Positions 20,360 through 31,118 of a stretch of DNA of 64,000 nt are shown here, one piece after another (positions within the stretch are counted from its first letter, which is position 1; each line of letters opens with the position of its first letter). The stretch is taken from NCBI GenBank assembly GCA_963701295.1, contig OY969585.1, forward strand, positions 128,001 to 192,000, written 5' to 3'. Source of the DNA: Ignavibacteriota bacterium (GTDB lineage Bacteria; Bacteroidota; Ignavibacteria; UBA10030). Made by a program: the position numbers and the translations under genes. Under the pieces are notes generated by a model. That model did not search any database, was not told where the DNA came from, and was given only the letters and a program-made list of their open reading frames with translations.

Positions 20360-23300
20360 TTAAAAATCTGCTCCGAATGACCAGTAATAAAACGGTTCAG
20401 AAAAACCGGAATACTTAAATTGCCATGCAATATCTATCCGCAATGGAATGCCAAGGAGAAATAAACGCGTACCTACGCCAGTCCCTACGAGCAGGTCATT
20501 GAATACTGTTGCACCTGAGCCCGGATCATTGGCCCACATTTTCCAGCTCTTCGAGTCTGTCCATGCTGAGCCTACATCAACAAATGCCGCACCGAGGATA
20601 TCGGCGAACCCAATCGGCAGCGCGCCAAAGATGAGGTACTTTAAAAGCGGAAAACGAAATTCCATATTTGCAACTGCGAAATGTGTTCCAATTTGCTGAG
20701 CGTAGTTGAAACCGCGTAAGGGTAAGACGGGCGTGAGAAATGCAAAATCTTCCACGTTCTTTATAGGAATTTCATTACCTTGAAGTGTTGGATTGATCCA
20801 TCCTTCTGTTCCGCCGATAAAGAAATTTTGCTTATTTCCGCCTGTGCTTATGCCGCCGGAAAGCCGGTACGCAAGGATAAATTCCTTCGCTAATCTATTA
20901 TAGCTTCGATAATCCGCAGTAAAGGTTTGAATATCCAATCCTTCACCTCCAAACTTCGGCGTTCCGTAGAATGTAGCGTTGAAGCGCGAACCATTATTAG
21001 GGCCGAACCATGCCCCCTGCCAGAGCGAATTATCTCTCACATAGCTCACAAGCGGCAGAATAAGCGATCGCTGTTGTGATGGTTCCGACGGATAGTCCAA
21101 ATTATCACGCGACAAATTCAGCCACATCAAAGAACCATCAATCCGGTTAAACCGATCAATCGGATAAGACACCATGGCACCGATCCCCCATGAGCTGAAC
21201 CGGTACAGCGTATCAGACGACGCATCCTCAGGTCCAAGTAAAAGAAACTTTGCATTATGAAATGCCTGGAAACCCCAATCGATGCGCCCTGGTAAATAAT
21301 AGTATGAGAGGCCGTAATCGCTGTTCTTTAAGTCAATGAGTAAATTTGTTTGAAAAACGATTTGATGCTCACCTAGCATATCGCTGAATGCAACGATCGT
21401 ACTTCCTTCCAATCCATAAAACGAACTATAGCCTGCCGCGCCATAGACAAGGTCGGGCGAGAAGTTCAGCTTATAGCGCCGCGGAATGTAATTACCTTCA
21501 CTATCCTGATTGTCGGAGATATCTACTTGCGAAATCGGAGGCGGAGCATTTGTCGTATCGTGCATCGCGTCCGTGGAAAAGACATAATTGGAAAGGTCCG
21601 TTTCAGGACCAGGATGATAGGTTGTCTCTACTCCAACGGTATCGGCAACTACGACAACATCGTTGTGCACCGCTATCGTATCAGAAGTGGGAAGAACTGA
21701 GACAATCTCTTTGGGTTTTTCTTCCCGTGGAAGATGGTATTTCATTTTATAGAATTCAGTCGGCTCCAATGAAGTCACACTGAGTTTCCGGTCTAATGGA
21801 CGCAGCATCAGGTAGATATCAAATCCTGCTTCATTAAGGGATGAGAAAACTAATTTCGATCCATCACGTGAAAGCGAGAGTTGGTACAACCCACTAATGG
21901 AGTTGGTAATGGGATAAAACTTACCGGAGTCCAATGATTGCACATAAAGATTATTAATACCGTTGATATCGGCGATGTATAGAATCTTTTTGCCGTCAGG
22001 AGATAGGACAGGTGAAGACTTGCTGCCGTTCGGTTGTGTGGTAATACGACGAATAGCCCGGGTGGCAATATCGAGCGAGTATAAATCAGATTGTCCAAAA
22101 TCATAATTCCAAATTTTAAAATTTGCCGGCACCATGGATGGCGATGTAATATCTCCCCGGTCCGATGCAAAGTAGATTGTTTTACTATCCGGGGAAAAAA
22201 CCGGGTCCATATCAGAGAAAATATCATTCGTGAGATTCTTCAGCTCTTTTGTAATAAGGTTATAGATGTAGATATCTGACTGCGGCGTTTTAACTCCAAC
22301 AAACGTGAGCATAGTGCCATCTTTACTCCAATCAACCGAGAAGATGCCATCCAAATCAAATTCGATCTTTTCTTTTTCACCAGTTTTGACATTCACCATG
22401 ATAATCGCATCATGTTCCCCTGCTTTGACAGCGAGAGCAATTCTTTTTCCATCTGGGGACCATGTGACACCTGGGGTGAGCAAATGCATTTCTTCCAAAT
22501 CATTTGTCTTTTGCCCGCTCACCACCTTATCAAGAATCTCTCCGTCCAATGCCGACATGATATAGACATCGAAATAATCATCCCTGTCGGATATGAATGC
22601 AATCTTATCGCCTTGTGGAGAAATTGCCGGACTCGTGTTATAGAAGTTATCATCTTTTGTATGGTTCGTCAGCCGCTTATAAGAAAAATCCACGGGTTCT
22701 TCGCGTTTGGCAACATCGGGCCAGTAATACACCTTCTGCTCCTTCTGCCAGCGCTCGGAAAGTTCTTTCACTGTCAGTCCGATGGCAGATCTAAATCCCT
22801 TATCGACACTTCGAGCGCTTTTAATACTGCTGAAGATCTCAGCAATTTTTTGCTCGCCGTATTTGTTGGCAATATAATACCACACAGACTGACCACCCCG
22901 GTATGCAAAGTATCCATTTAAGTATGGAATCGGCGGTAAATAATTGTGTACGGTTGCATCTCGCAGGAACATATCCGAATTATTATCCCACTTCAATGAC
23001 GCATATTCCGCGATGCCTTCGTTCATCCACAACGGCAGCTGTACTGGCGCTTTGTTGGAGATAAGGGATTGGATCGTGCCGCCATAAAACATGTCATTCA
23101 GAACTCCATGAACCAATTCATGGTGTATGACATGCCGGAACTGTCCATAATTTCCTTCAAATGGAACGACGATGCGATTTTTAAAGAGTTCTGTCACGCC
23201 GCCGATTCCTTCTTCCAAATATTCATTAATAACATTTGTTTGTTGAAACTCGTTATGTGAGTTATAGACGACAAAAGAGATACGGTTGTTGATTTCATAT

Positions 23301-23530
23301 CGAAGAAGCTTCTTGATCGATGCATAGGCTGCTTCTGATGCATTGGCAGTGAACTGTGCTATATCATACCCATCCTGCGAGAAGTAGATATCAAAGTGAT
23401 CTGTCTGGATATACTGCCAGTGAAAATTTTTGTATTGGACCTTATTTTTGCCAAAGACAGAATTCTGTGCCTCTCCCTGCACAACCATCCCGCAAAGAAT
23501 TAATCCGATGAGAATGCAACGTTGTATCAT
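20360..23530 (-). CDS. peptidase MA-like (HExxH) + PD40/TolB beta-propeller + Omp85/BamA-type barrel protein
   Basis: Signal peptide; HHELVH...PLWMNEGIAEY; repeated PAISPQG/WSPDG/FSPDS; barrel motifs LRGF, FVDVGSAW, terminal F. Confidence 0.88.
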   Translation of the reverse strand: MIQRCILIGLILCGMVVQGEAQNSVFGKNKVQYKNFHWQYIQTDHFDIYFSQDGYDIAQFTANASEAAYASIKKLLRYEINNRISFVVYNSHNEFQQTNVINEYLEEGIGGVTELFKNRIVVPFEGNYGQFRHVIHHELVHGVLNDMFYGGTIQSLISNKAPVQLPLWMNEGIAEYASLKWDNNSDMFLRDATVHNYLPPIPYLNGYFAYRGGQSVWYYIANKYGEQKIAEIFSSIKSARSVDKGFRSAIGLTVKELSERWQKEQKVYYWPDVAKREEPVDFSYKRLTNHTKDDNFYNTSPAISPQGDKIAFISDRDDYFDVYIMSALDGEILDKVVSGQKTNDLEEMHLLTPGVTWSPDGKRIALAVKAGEHDAIIMVNVKTGEKEKIEFDLDGIFSVDWSKDGTMLTFVGVKTPQSDIYIYNLITKELKNLTNDIFSDMDPVFSPDSKTIYFASDRGDITSPSMVPANFKIWNYDFGQSDLYSLDIATRAIRRITTQPNGSKSSPVLSPDGKKILYIADINGINNLYVQSLDSGKFYPITNSISGLYQLSLSRDGSKLVFSSLNEAGFDIYLMLRPLDRKLSVTSLEPTEFYKMKYHLPREEKPKEIVSVLPTSDTIAVHNDVVVVADTVGVETTYHPGPETDLSNYVFSTDAMHDTTNAPPPISQVDISDNQDSEGNYIPRRYKLNFSPDLVYGAAGYSSFYGLEGSTIVAFSDMLGEHQIVFQTNLLIDLKNSDYGLSYYYLPGRIDWGFQAFHNAKFLLLGPEDASSDTLYRFSSWGIGAMVSYPIDRFNRIDGSLMWLNLSRDNLDYPSEPSQQRSLILPLVSYVRDNSLWQGAWFGPNNGSRFNATFYGTPKFGGEGLDIQTFTADYRSYNRLAKEFILAYRLSGGISTGGNKQNFFIGGTEGWINPTLQGNEIPIKNVEDFAFLTPVLPLRGFNYAQQIGTHFAVANMEFRFPLLKYLIFGALPIGFADILGAAFVDVGSAWTDSKSWKMWANDPGSGATVFNDLLVGTGVGTRLFLLGIPLRIDIAWQFKYSGFSEPFYYWSFGADF

Positions 23531-23624
23531 ACAATCCTCAATTCTTTTCAGTCATTACTTCTTAAAAAATAGTGTAGAAAAAAACATATCGAAAAGCAAA
23601 CCAGTGATGAATATATGAGCCTCT

Positions 23625-23664
23625 TCCGCCAGAGTCGGACCCGCCGGACTGCGTAGCCGGCAGG
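23625..23664. repeat. GC-rich double palindrome (REP-like)
   Basis: TCCG-ccagagt-CGGA followed directly by CCCGCCGG-actgcgtag-CCGGCAGG in an AT-rich spacer. Confidence 0.5.
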
Positions 23665-23730
23665 TGTGCTTTTGTCGTAGAGTCTGGAACGCAATGAGTA
23701 CTTAACTCCTTTAATTTCCTTTTCACTGTA

Positions 23731-25944
23731 TCAGTGTTTATGCCGTCGTAATGCTTTCGCTTCTTCTCTTTCGATAAGAGCAAAATCGACTTGGCGTTCT
23801 TCAGGATTCACGCGCACAACTTTGACTTCTAATGTATCGCCCAATCGATACTGTTTATGAGTACGTCGTCCTTTCAATGTGTACTGTTTTTCATCATACA
23901 CATAATAATCGTCACGTAAGTCGCGAATATGTATCATGCCCTGCACAAGCAAATCGGTCAGTTCCACGAAGATGCCGAAGTGTGTGACACCGGAAATCAC
24001 CGCATGGAATTCATCGCCGATATGACGCTTCATATATTCCACTTGCATCACTTTCACAGCAGCACGCTCGGCTTCCATTGCTAACCGTTCCATTTCGGAT
24101 GATTGCTTGGCAATGTACGGCAAGCGTTGACGAAGCGCGTCCAATTCCTTGAGCGAAATTCCTTCGTTATATTGTTTCAGCATACGGTGAACTGCTAAAT
24201 CCGGGTACCGGCGAATGGGAGATGTAAAGTGTGCATAGTAATCGAATGCTAAGCCGTAGTGACCGATATTTCTGTCAGAATATATCGCTTTTGCCATCGA
24301 ACGCAATGCTACTTCGTTGATAACATTCTCAACTTCCGTGCCTTTTATTTGTTCTAAAAGCCGTTGTAAAGATTTAGACGTAACACCACCATCAATGTTC
24401 AACTTAAATCCGAACTTCTCTACAAACAGCGCAAGTTCACCGATTCGTTCCGTATTGGGCGAATCATGCACGCGATAGAGGAATGGCTTTGCTTTCTCTT
24501 CTTTTTTCGCAAATCCAATATGGCGTGCTACGATGCGATTTGCCAAAAGCATAAACTCTTCCACCAATCGATGGCTTTCCAAACGAACTTTTTTTTTGAT
24601 TTTTATCTGTTGTCCATGTTCGTCTAACTCGAATTTCGCTTCGGCAGAATCGAAATCGATACTGCCTTCCTTCAATCGTTTCTCCGTCAGTGCCGTGCTC
24701 AGACGGTACATACTCCGTAAAGATTCGGCGAACGGTCGATCGTTCGGCGAAATTGCATCATTCCGTTCTAATCTTCCAAGAACTTCCTGTACACGCTCGT
24801 AACTGAATCTTTGTTTACTGCGGATGATGCTCTCGACGATCTTATATTCTTTGACACTGCCCCGGGGAGAAATGTTTATGAAGATAGTGAATGCTAACCG
24901 ATCTTCATCCGGGCGCAGGCTGCATAAACCGTTGGAAAGTTTTTCCGGCAGCATGGGAATGACACCGGCAGGGAAATAGACACTTGTACTGCGCTTCAGT
25001 GCCTCTTTATCAAGTGCACTTTCGGCTTGCACATAATATGATACATCTGCGATGTGTACACCGAGGCGGTATTGACTATCGGACAGCAGTTCCAAGGAGA
25101 CTGCATCGTCGAAATCCTTTGCATCTTCCGGATCGATAGTAAAACAAAGCAATTCACGGAGATCGCGCCGGCGATCAATTTCAGACTGTGGGATGTCTGA
25201 TACAATGGCATTCGTTTCATTCAAGACTTCAGCGGGAAAAGTTGTTGGTAAATGATACTCGCGCACAACCGATTGGATTTCCGCCGATAGCTCACCGGAT
25301 TTGCCAAGCACCTCCAATATTCGTCCTTCTGGATTTTGATGAAGTTTTCCCCAACCAACCATTTCTACAACAATTTTGTCGCCTTCTTTCGCTTCGTGGA
25401 GATGTTCCTTAGCAATCAGGATTTCGCGTGCCAGTCGTCGATCATCAGGCACAACAAAGAATTGTTTGTGTACCCGTTCAAGGGTTCCGACAAATGTACG
25501 AATACCGCGCTTGATAATCCGCACTATTTCGCCTTCGCGTCGCGCACCGCGTTCTTTTTGTTTTGCACTTTGTGCTAAAAGTGAAACTTCAACCGTGTCT
25601 CCATGCGATGCATCTCCAAGATTATCTTGCTGGATAAAGAGTTCTTCACCGCCTTCTTCAACCGTTACGACTCCGAAGCCGCGAGACGTCACTTCCAACT
25701 TACCGAAGAAGAGTTGTGCTTTGTGTAGATGGCTGTATCTCTTACCATGGATGCGCGAAATCTTTTGATCATCTTGCAGCGAGCGAAGCGCCATCTTGAA
25801 AAGCTGTTCGTCCTTTTCAGAGCGTATTCCAATACGCCGAGATAATTCTTTTAACTTAAAGGATTCATTCGGAAAACGTGCAAGAAACTGCAGAATACGA
25901 TCATGAAGCGATTCAAAACTCTCGCCAATATTTTTAGCTGACAT
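23731..25944 (-). CDS. rnr: ribonuclease R
   Basis: TIDPEDAKDFDDA, HIADVS, VEEFMLLAN, HFTSPIRRYPDL, C-terminal S1 domain. ATG 25944 preferred because it avoids overlap with tamB. Confidence 0.96.
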   Translation of the reverse strand: MSAKNIGESFESLHDRILQFLARFPNESFKLKELSRRIGIRSEKDEQLFKMALRSLQDDQKISRIHGKRYSHLHKAQLFFGKLEVTSRGFGVVTVEEGGEELFIQQDNLGDASHGDTVEVSLLAQSAKQKERGARREGEIVRIIKRGIRTFVGTLERVHKQFFVVPDDRRLAREILIAKEHLHEAKEGDKIVVEMVGWGKLHQNPEGRILEVLGKSGELSAEIQSVVREYHLPTTFPAEVLNETNAIVSDIPQSEIDRRRDLRELLCFTIDPEDAKDFDDAVSLELLSDSQYRLGVHIADVSYYVQAESALDKEALKRSTSVYFPAGVIPMLPEKLSNGLCSLRPDEDRLAFTIFINISPRGSVKEYKIVESIIRSKQRFSYERVQEVLGRLERNDAISPNDRPFAESLRSMYRLSTALTEKRLKEGSIDFDSAEAKFELDEHGQQIKIKKKVRLESHRLVEEFMLLANRIVARHIGFAKKEEKAKPFLYRVHDSPNTERIGELALFVEKFGFKLNIDGGVTSKSLQRLLEQIKGTEVENVINEVALRSMAKAIYSDRNIGHYGLAFDYYAHFTSPIRRYPDLAVHRMLKQYNEGISLKELDALRQRLPYIAKQSSEMERLAMEAERAAVKVMQVEYMKRHIGDEFHAVISGVTHFGIFVELTDLLVQGMIHIRDLRDDYYVYDEKQYTLKGRRTHKQYRLGDTLEVKVVRVNPEERQVDFALIEREEAKALRRHKH

Positions 25945-25972
25945 TGGTGACTCCGATGGACATGAAAAAACC

Positions 25973-28900
25973 TTAGAATGTGAATCGATAGCCCAACCGA
26001 ACTCCATCTGATGCCCGGCGCTGCTCTTCTGCATTCTGAATGCCTTCTACGCGGCGTTCGATTGTGAGAATGAGGTTGCGGTATCCATCCGAACCGACGA
26101 TGGTGCTGACCGGGAGCTCGACGCTCACATTGGCATTCGTAATATCGTTCAAAACTCTCCCGCCTGCACGGATCACAGTTTCTCCCACCTGTCCCGTCAC
26201 TCGCAAGTCTGTGGATTGAGTAGAAAACTGTCCGCCAATATATATTACATCCACAGATTGGATATAACCCCACGTACTGCGGCGGAGAGCTTCACTAAGA
26301 GGTCCGGTTACCATTCCAGATGCCAAAGCAAAACCGAGATTCGTGCCTATGAGCCCCATACGCTGTTGATCAGTTAGCTCATCGCGAAATTGACCAGAAA
26401 TAATAAAAGCCATCGCATTTGCCTCTTCGTCGCTTCTTCCTTCTTTATCTTCCCATTTCCTCCAGTCTTTATCGGAAAAAGTCTTCGTCTGCAGTGAAAT
26501 TTTCGTCTTCGGCTCATTTCGCGTCCCTGTGACCTGAAGCGTTACTAGTACTTGTTCGTCTACAGTATCTGTGGTACTACCCGTCTTGGTCGCATGATGA
26601 ATACCCTGGTACGTTCCTGACACTTCGAGTTCAGGATTCAAAACATCTCCCGTAAAGAGAAGTTTTCCTGTTGCTTCAAACTTTTTGAAAAAGTCATAAT
26701 ACGATCGGTTGCTGACTTCCACCTGACCTGTCAATCGGGAAATTCCAGGACTTCGGTTAAAGTAAAGGCGTCCCTGGAGATCCGCGAAAAGTTCTTCACT
26801 CGTTTGTGTGTTGAACACGAATCGGAGCGTTGTCGGCCCTTGCGTCTCGATACCAACATCATAGCTGATGCCATCAAGGAACGAGTTGTGCACAGCTTCG
26901 GATAATGGAGACGGAAATTCTGCTCCATTTGCAGCCTTGCCGCTGGTTTGTGGAGATTTTGTTTTCCCATTATACGATTTAAGCTCTTCAGAGGTTTTGG
27001 GAGCAGTTCGCGCTGTATCATCAAGGAATGATACGTTCACGGCACGCGCACGCACAAATTCTACTTCACGTTCCGGCGGTAATACCAATTGCGCATCTTT
27101 GATGAATACATCCCCACGCACCATAGACGCAGAGAGATCTCCTTGCCAGCGAAGTCCTTTCGGACCTGTGGCTGCAAACAAATCACCATAGAGTTTTTGC
27201 CCTACAAATCGTTTATCTTCACTCATTACCTTCAGGTCACCTTGCGCCACTATATCAAAATGTCTGAGATTCAACCCAAGAAGAGTGAAGTTACCCGAGA
27301 CCTTCATCGTTCCAATAGGTTTTGCTCCCTTCGGATCATTCTGGATAGTGAAATGTTCTAGTTGAATGCGATCACCTGCAGGAATCAGGTCGCCATCCAA
27401 GACGTATCGAATACCAAGCGGATCGAACACCAAGCTTGCCTGTTGAATGGACATCGATCCTTCATATTGCGGAGCATCGAAAGGGCCTTTCATTCGCATG
27501 TCACACGTCATCATTCCATTGAGATTGGATATTTCAGGAATAAATGGATCAAGAAACTTTAAATCCATCCCGGTAGCTTTCAGGGTAAGGTCTACCTGAC
27601 CTACAAGCTTGTGCGGTGCCTCTCGTGCGAGTACAAATTCGTACGGTAATGACCCTGAAAGCAGCAAGTCCGGTGATGCTTGTGGATCATCAGAATGACT
27701 TATGAATTTCACAAGCAACGTGAGAACATATTCTGAATATGCAAGGTGTGACTCAACTTTACCGAATACCTGACTCTTATTTTGCAGTACATCTTCCGCA
27801 CGAACTCCATCAGCTTTGAGATCGACGATGATGTTGGGACTTTCAAAACTCCCGCGGAAGGAAGTGATTGCATCTACTCTCCCGCCGAACTGCACGGAAG
27901 ATTTTGCGTATGGTCCGCGATGAAGAACATGTTTCAAATTGGAGAGAAGAAATCCACTGAGCGAAATATTTAAATCCGAGATTCCCGTTGGACTAAAATA
28001 CCCTGAGAGCAACGCTTTTTCTGATTCATGAACCATGGTCAGCGATTGAATATAAAATCCATCACGTCCTAAAACCAGCCGAATCGTATCTGCGTTTTCA
28101 GCAACGTATTGTTCTACTTCAATGTGTAATTCTGGCATCTCAAATTCCATCAAGCTCGCATTGACTCGAGATACACCTCCAATTCTCACTCGCGCTGTCG
28201 AATCGATGAATGCCGAAAATTGAAAAATACTCGAATCGGATTTTACATTGAGCTGACCGGAAAGTTGATTAAAGAGAAAAGCATTAATCGTAAAATTTTT
28301 TAGATCTGTTTCAACCGATGCATCAAAGGTTTGAAATATTGTTTGAGCACTAATTCCACCGAAGGAGTATTGAATTGCTGCCGTATCTACAGTGAGCGTA
28401 TCTGTCCCTGCACGAAGTCCAAATTGTTCAAGGTTCACTTTGCCTTTGAGCTGCAGAGCTGTTGAATCCCCAACAATACTGCCTTCCACAATGCCCTGTC
28501 CGCTCATCGGAATATGGATAAATAGTCCAATTGGTTCGAAATCGTTTACAGTCAAATGAAATTGCGATTCTATAGGAACATTCCTTCTGACACGTGAAGG
28601 TTGAAATTTCTGTTCTGCGGCGATTGTGCCCTTGTGCGAACGGAGAGAGTCCAGACTTTGGAACCGATAAGCGATCGCTTCCGTTACGAGCCGATATGAA
28701 TTATCCCATGCAGCGATAAATGAGCCGGGAGAAAAACGGCCTTCCACATCCAAATCACCTATGGTCGACGTTACCTGTAAATTACTCTGAAGGTTGTCTC
28801 TCAGAGTGAATATTGCCTTCGCTTCTCCCGATTCAAATTCCTCTGTTCCGAATGCCGAACGATAGAAGTCCAAATTTACCGTGTCTGATCGTGCGGTCTT

Positions 28901-30556
28901 CCCGCTGGCGCCGGTCGCCGTGAGATCAAATGACAAAGCACTCCCATATCTTTTGTCCTTGAGCAATTCAGCGAGATCGAGTGATCTGATTTTAGCAATG
29001 ATGTTGTAATTCGACGAATCTTGTCGGAAGAACTGAAGAGAACTCGAAAGCTCATAGGTACAACTTCCCACAGAAGCCGCAACGTGAGATCGCAGCATTG
29101 CATCAGCGATGTCAAATACGAAGACAGAACGCTGCACAGACAATCCATTGAACAATGAGGAATCCATCTCTATTCTTGCAAGTCCTGTCATAGTACGCGG
29201 ATCAAAGCCCGTTCCATCGATTGTCATCCGAGCATTAAGGTTGCTACTCATCTTCTCATCTTGGAGAATAGTGCTCAATGCCAACGAATGCATAGCTAAC
29301 GTTCCTGAATACGTGATATCTTCCGGAAGGATTTTCATTTTCCCATCAATATCAATATTTCCTGCAGCAGTACCGCAAGAGATGTGCGCTTTGAAATCCA
29401 GCGGCCGCCCTTCATAACTCAGAGAATACTTGACAGGACCGAGAAAAGTAAAATCTGGCAGTTTCAAGCCTGGCAAACAATCGATGAGATCGCGCGGTGC
29501 GATAACGTTATCATCCGCTTGCACTGTCATTTCCAAATTGCTCGCAGAATGCAAATTTCGCAGACGCCCTTGAAGCTGAACATACGAGTGAGGCATTTGG
29601 ATAGCAAGTTTTTCAATTTTCAAATCTCCAAATGTACCGCTCGCTTTCAAACGGAGCTTCAGTTCGCGATCAAGAAAATCCACCGATGGATAAAGAAATT
29701 GCTTCAATTCCTTTGTATCGATATCTTCTGCCGAGAGTGTAAGATCAACGGGCTTCATCTTCAACTCTTCCACACTCGACAAGGAAGTGATGTCCACACC
29801 TTTTATTCCTGCGTCAAGACGCACATGAGATTTTGAAGTTTCGATATGCACATTTCGCGCGCTTACTTCGTCCTTCGCAAGCAAGAAATCTCCCTCAAAG
29901 TGTTTTAATGCAAACGACGGCTCTTGAGAAGTAAATTCGAGATTTCTCAGCTTCGCTTCATATCTGCCGTTTTTAATTCTTGCAGCGGTTTCCAACGACA
30001 GTCCAAAGAGATGAATCCGGGCATAATCGATCACACTGTCCGGAGGGACTTTAGAGGTACCGTTCTGCCGTTGAGAAAGAAGGAGAGAATCTGTTAAAAT
30101 CAATTCTGCATCCTGCAATTTCAGCCTTTTGATGTCGATGGTCCATGCAAATGGAGTAGTGTCCGCCTCTGTCAGTTTGATGAGATGTGCAACGTTCCAT
30201 GATCCATCGATTGAGCGATAGACATGGATATGCGGTTTTACAATAACGACATTGTTGATTGCAACCCGTTTAAAGAAAAACCCCAATAAATCGTATTTGA
30301 ATTCGATGTGCTCCGATGAAATAAATTCATTGTCAGATCCATGGACAGATACACTATCCACCGAAAAACCGGTGAGAAGATTACCATCGATGCTTCCGAA
30401 CTGAAGCTGACCGTTGATTGCAACGCGTGATTCGAGGAGGAGTGTGTTACGAAGATATGTCTTGAATGAGCGGGTCCGGGTATACCCGATGATAGCGATG
30501 AGAACAAACAAAAGAACACCACTCAAATAATATGTAATTCGAAAGAACTTACGCAC
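25973..30556 (-). CDS. tamB: translocation/assembly module TamB (AsmA-like) protein
   Basis: 1527 aa, N-terminal signal anchor, beta-taco-like repeats, DUF490-like end (GKLLFTGDVLNPELEV, GTRNEPK, GVRLGYRFTF). Confidence 0.85.
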   Translation of the reverse strand: MRKFFRITYYLSGVLLFVLIAIIGYTRTRSFKTYLRNTLLLESRVAINGQLQFGSIDGNLLTGFSVDSVSVHGSDNEFISSEHIEFKYDLLGFFFKRVAINNVVIVKPHIHVYRSIDGSWNVAHLIKLTEADTTPFAWTIDIKRLKLQDAELILTDSLLLSQRQNGTSKVPPDSVIDYARIHLFGLSLETAARIKNGRYEAKLRNLEFTSQEPSFALKHFEGDFLLAKDEVSARNVHIETSKSHVRLDAGIKGVDITSLSSVEELKMKPVDLTLSAEDIDTKELKQFLYPSVDFLDRELKLRLKASGTFGDLKIEKLAIQMPHSYVQLQGRLRNLHSASNLEMTVQADDNVIAPRDLIDCLPGLKLPDFTFLGPVKYSLSYEGRPLDFKAHISCGTAAGNIDIDGKMKILPEDITYSGTLAMHSLALSTILQDEKMSSNLNARMTIDGTGFDPRTMTGLARIEMDSSLFNGLSVQRSVFVFDIADAMLRSHVAASVGSCTYELSSSLQFFRQDSSNYNIIAKIRSLDLAELLKDKRYGSALSFDLTATGASGKTARSDTVNLDFYRSAFGTEEFESGEAKAIFTLRDNLQSNLQVTSTIGDLDVEGRFSPGSFIAAWDNSYRLVTEAIAYRFQSLDSLRSHKGTIAAEQKFQPSRVRRNVPIESQFHLTVNDFEPIGLFIHIPMSGQGIVEGSIVGDSTALQLKGKVNLEQFGLRAGTDTLTVDTAAIQYSFGGISAQTIFQTFDASVETDLKNFTINAFLFNQLSGQLNVKSDSSIFQFSAFIDSTARVRIGGVSRVNASLMEFEMPELHIEVEQYVAENADTIRLVLGRDGFYIQSLTMVHESEKALLSGYFSPTGISDLNISLSGFLLSNLKHVLHRGPYAKSSVQFGGRVDAITSFRGSFESPNIIVDLKADGVRAEDVLQNKSQVFGKVESHLAYSEYVLTLLVKFISHSDDPQASPDLLLSGSLPYEFVLAREAPHKLVGQVDLTLKATGMDLKFLDPFIPEISNLNGMMTCDMRMKGPFDAPQYEGSMSIQQASLVFDPLGIRYVLDGDLIPAGDRIQLEHFTIQNDPKGAKPIGTMKVSGNFTLLGLNLRHFDIVAQGDLKVMSEDKRFVGQKLYGDLFAATGPKGLRWQGDLSASMVRGDVFIKDAQLVLPPEREVEFVRARAVNVSFLDDTARTAPKTSEELKSYNGKTKSPQTSGKAANGAEFPSPLSEAVHNSFLDGISYDVGIETQGPTTLRFVFNTQTSEELFADLQGRLYFNRSPGISRLTGQVEVSNRSYYDFFKKFEATGKLLFTGDVLNPELEVSGTYQGIHHATKTGSTTDTVDEQVLVTLQVTGTRNEPKTKISLQTKTFSDKDWRKWEDKEGRSDEEANAMAFIISGQFRDELTDQQRMGLIGTNLGFALASGMVTGPLSEALRRSTWGYIQSVDVIYIGGQFSTQSTDLRVTGQVGETVIRAGGRVLNDITNANVSVELPVSTIVGSDGYRNLILTIERRVEGIQNAEEQRRASDGVRLGYRFTF

Positions 30557-30638
30557 GTTCTCTTTCTCACTCAGCCGTTACAGTGAAGGCGTACATCGAT
30601 GCGTTCGCCGGTTTCTTGATACACCGCAGAGTGCATGC

Positions 30639-31118
30639 TCATTGCGTTCCGCTGGCAGCGATCTTTTGGATAATGTTTGTCGTGGAGCAATTGGGCACAT
30701 AATCGATCGTTTGTACCTTTCCTCCTGCCGCTTCGACGATGTCTTTCCCCACTATGTCATCGATTGCCCAATCGGATCCTTTCACCAATACATCCGGCAC
30801 AACCGCTTTGATGAGATTAAACGGCGTATCTTCATCGAACAAGCAGACATAATCCACTACGCGAAGAGCAGCAAGCACAAACGCGCGGTCATCCTGAGAA
30901 ACGACGGGCCGCTGCGGCCCTTTCAAATGCTGTACCGAAGCATCGGTATTCATGCCTACAAGAAGCACATCACCAAGAGCTTTTGCTTTCATCAAATATT
31001 CCACATGCCCGCGATGCACAATATCGAAAACGCCATTCGTGAAGACGACCTTCTTCCCCTTACGTTTCAATAGATCTCTGATTTTTAGCAAGTCGGTGCG
31101 TACAACCACTTCACCCAT
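30639..31118 (-). CDS. rfaE2: D-glycero-beta-D-manno-heptose 1-phosphate adenylyltransferase (HldC/RfaE domain II)
   Basis: VFTNGVFDIVHRGH, GMNTDASV, KGPQRP, LVKGSDW, STT. Confidence 0.95.
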   Translation of the reverse strand: MGEVVVRTDLLKIRDLLKRKGKKVVFTNGVFDIVHRGHVEYLMKAKALGDVLLVGMNTDASVQHLKGPQRPVVSQDDRAFVLAALRVVDYVCLFDEDTPFNLIKAVVPDVLVKGSDWAIDDIVGKDIVEAAGGKVQTIDYVPNCSTTNIIQKIAASGTQ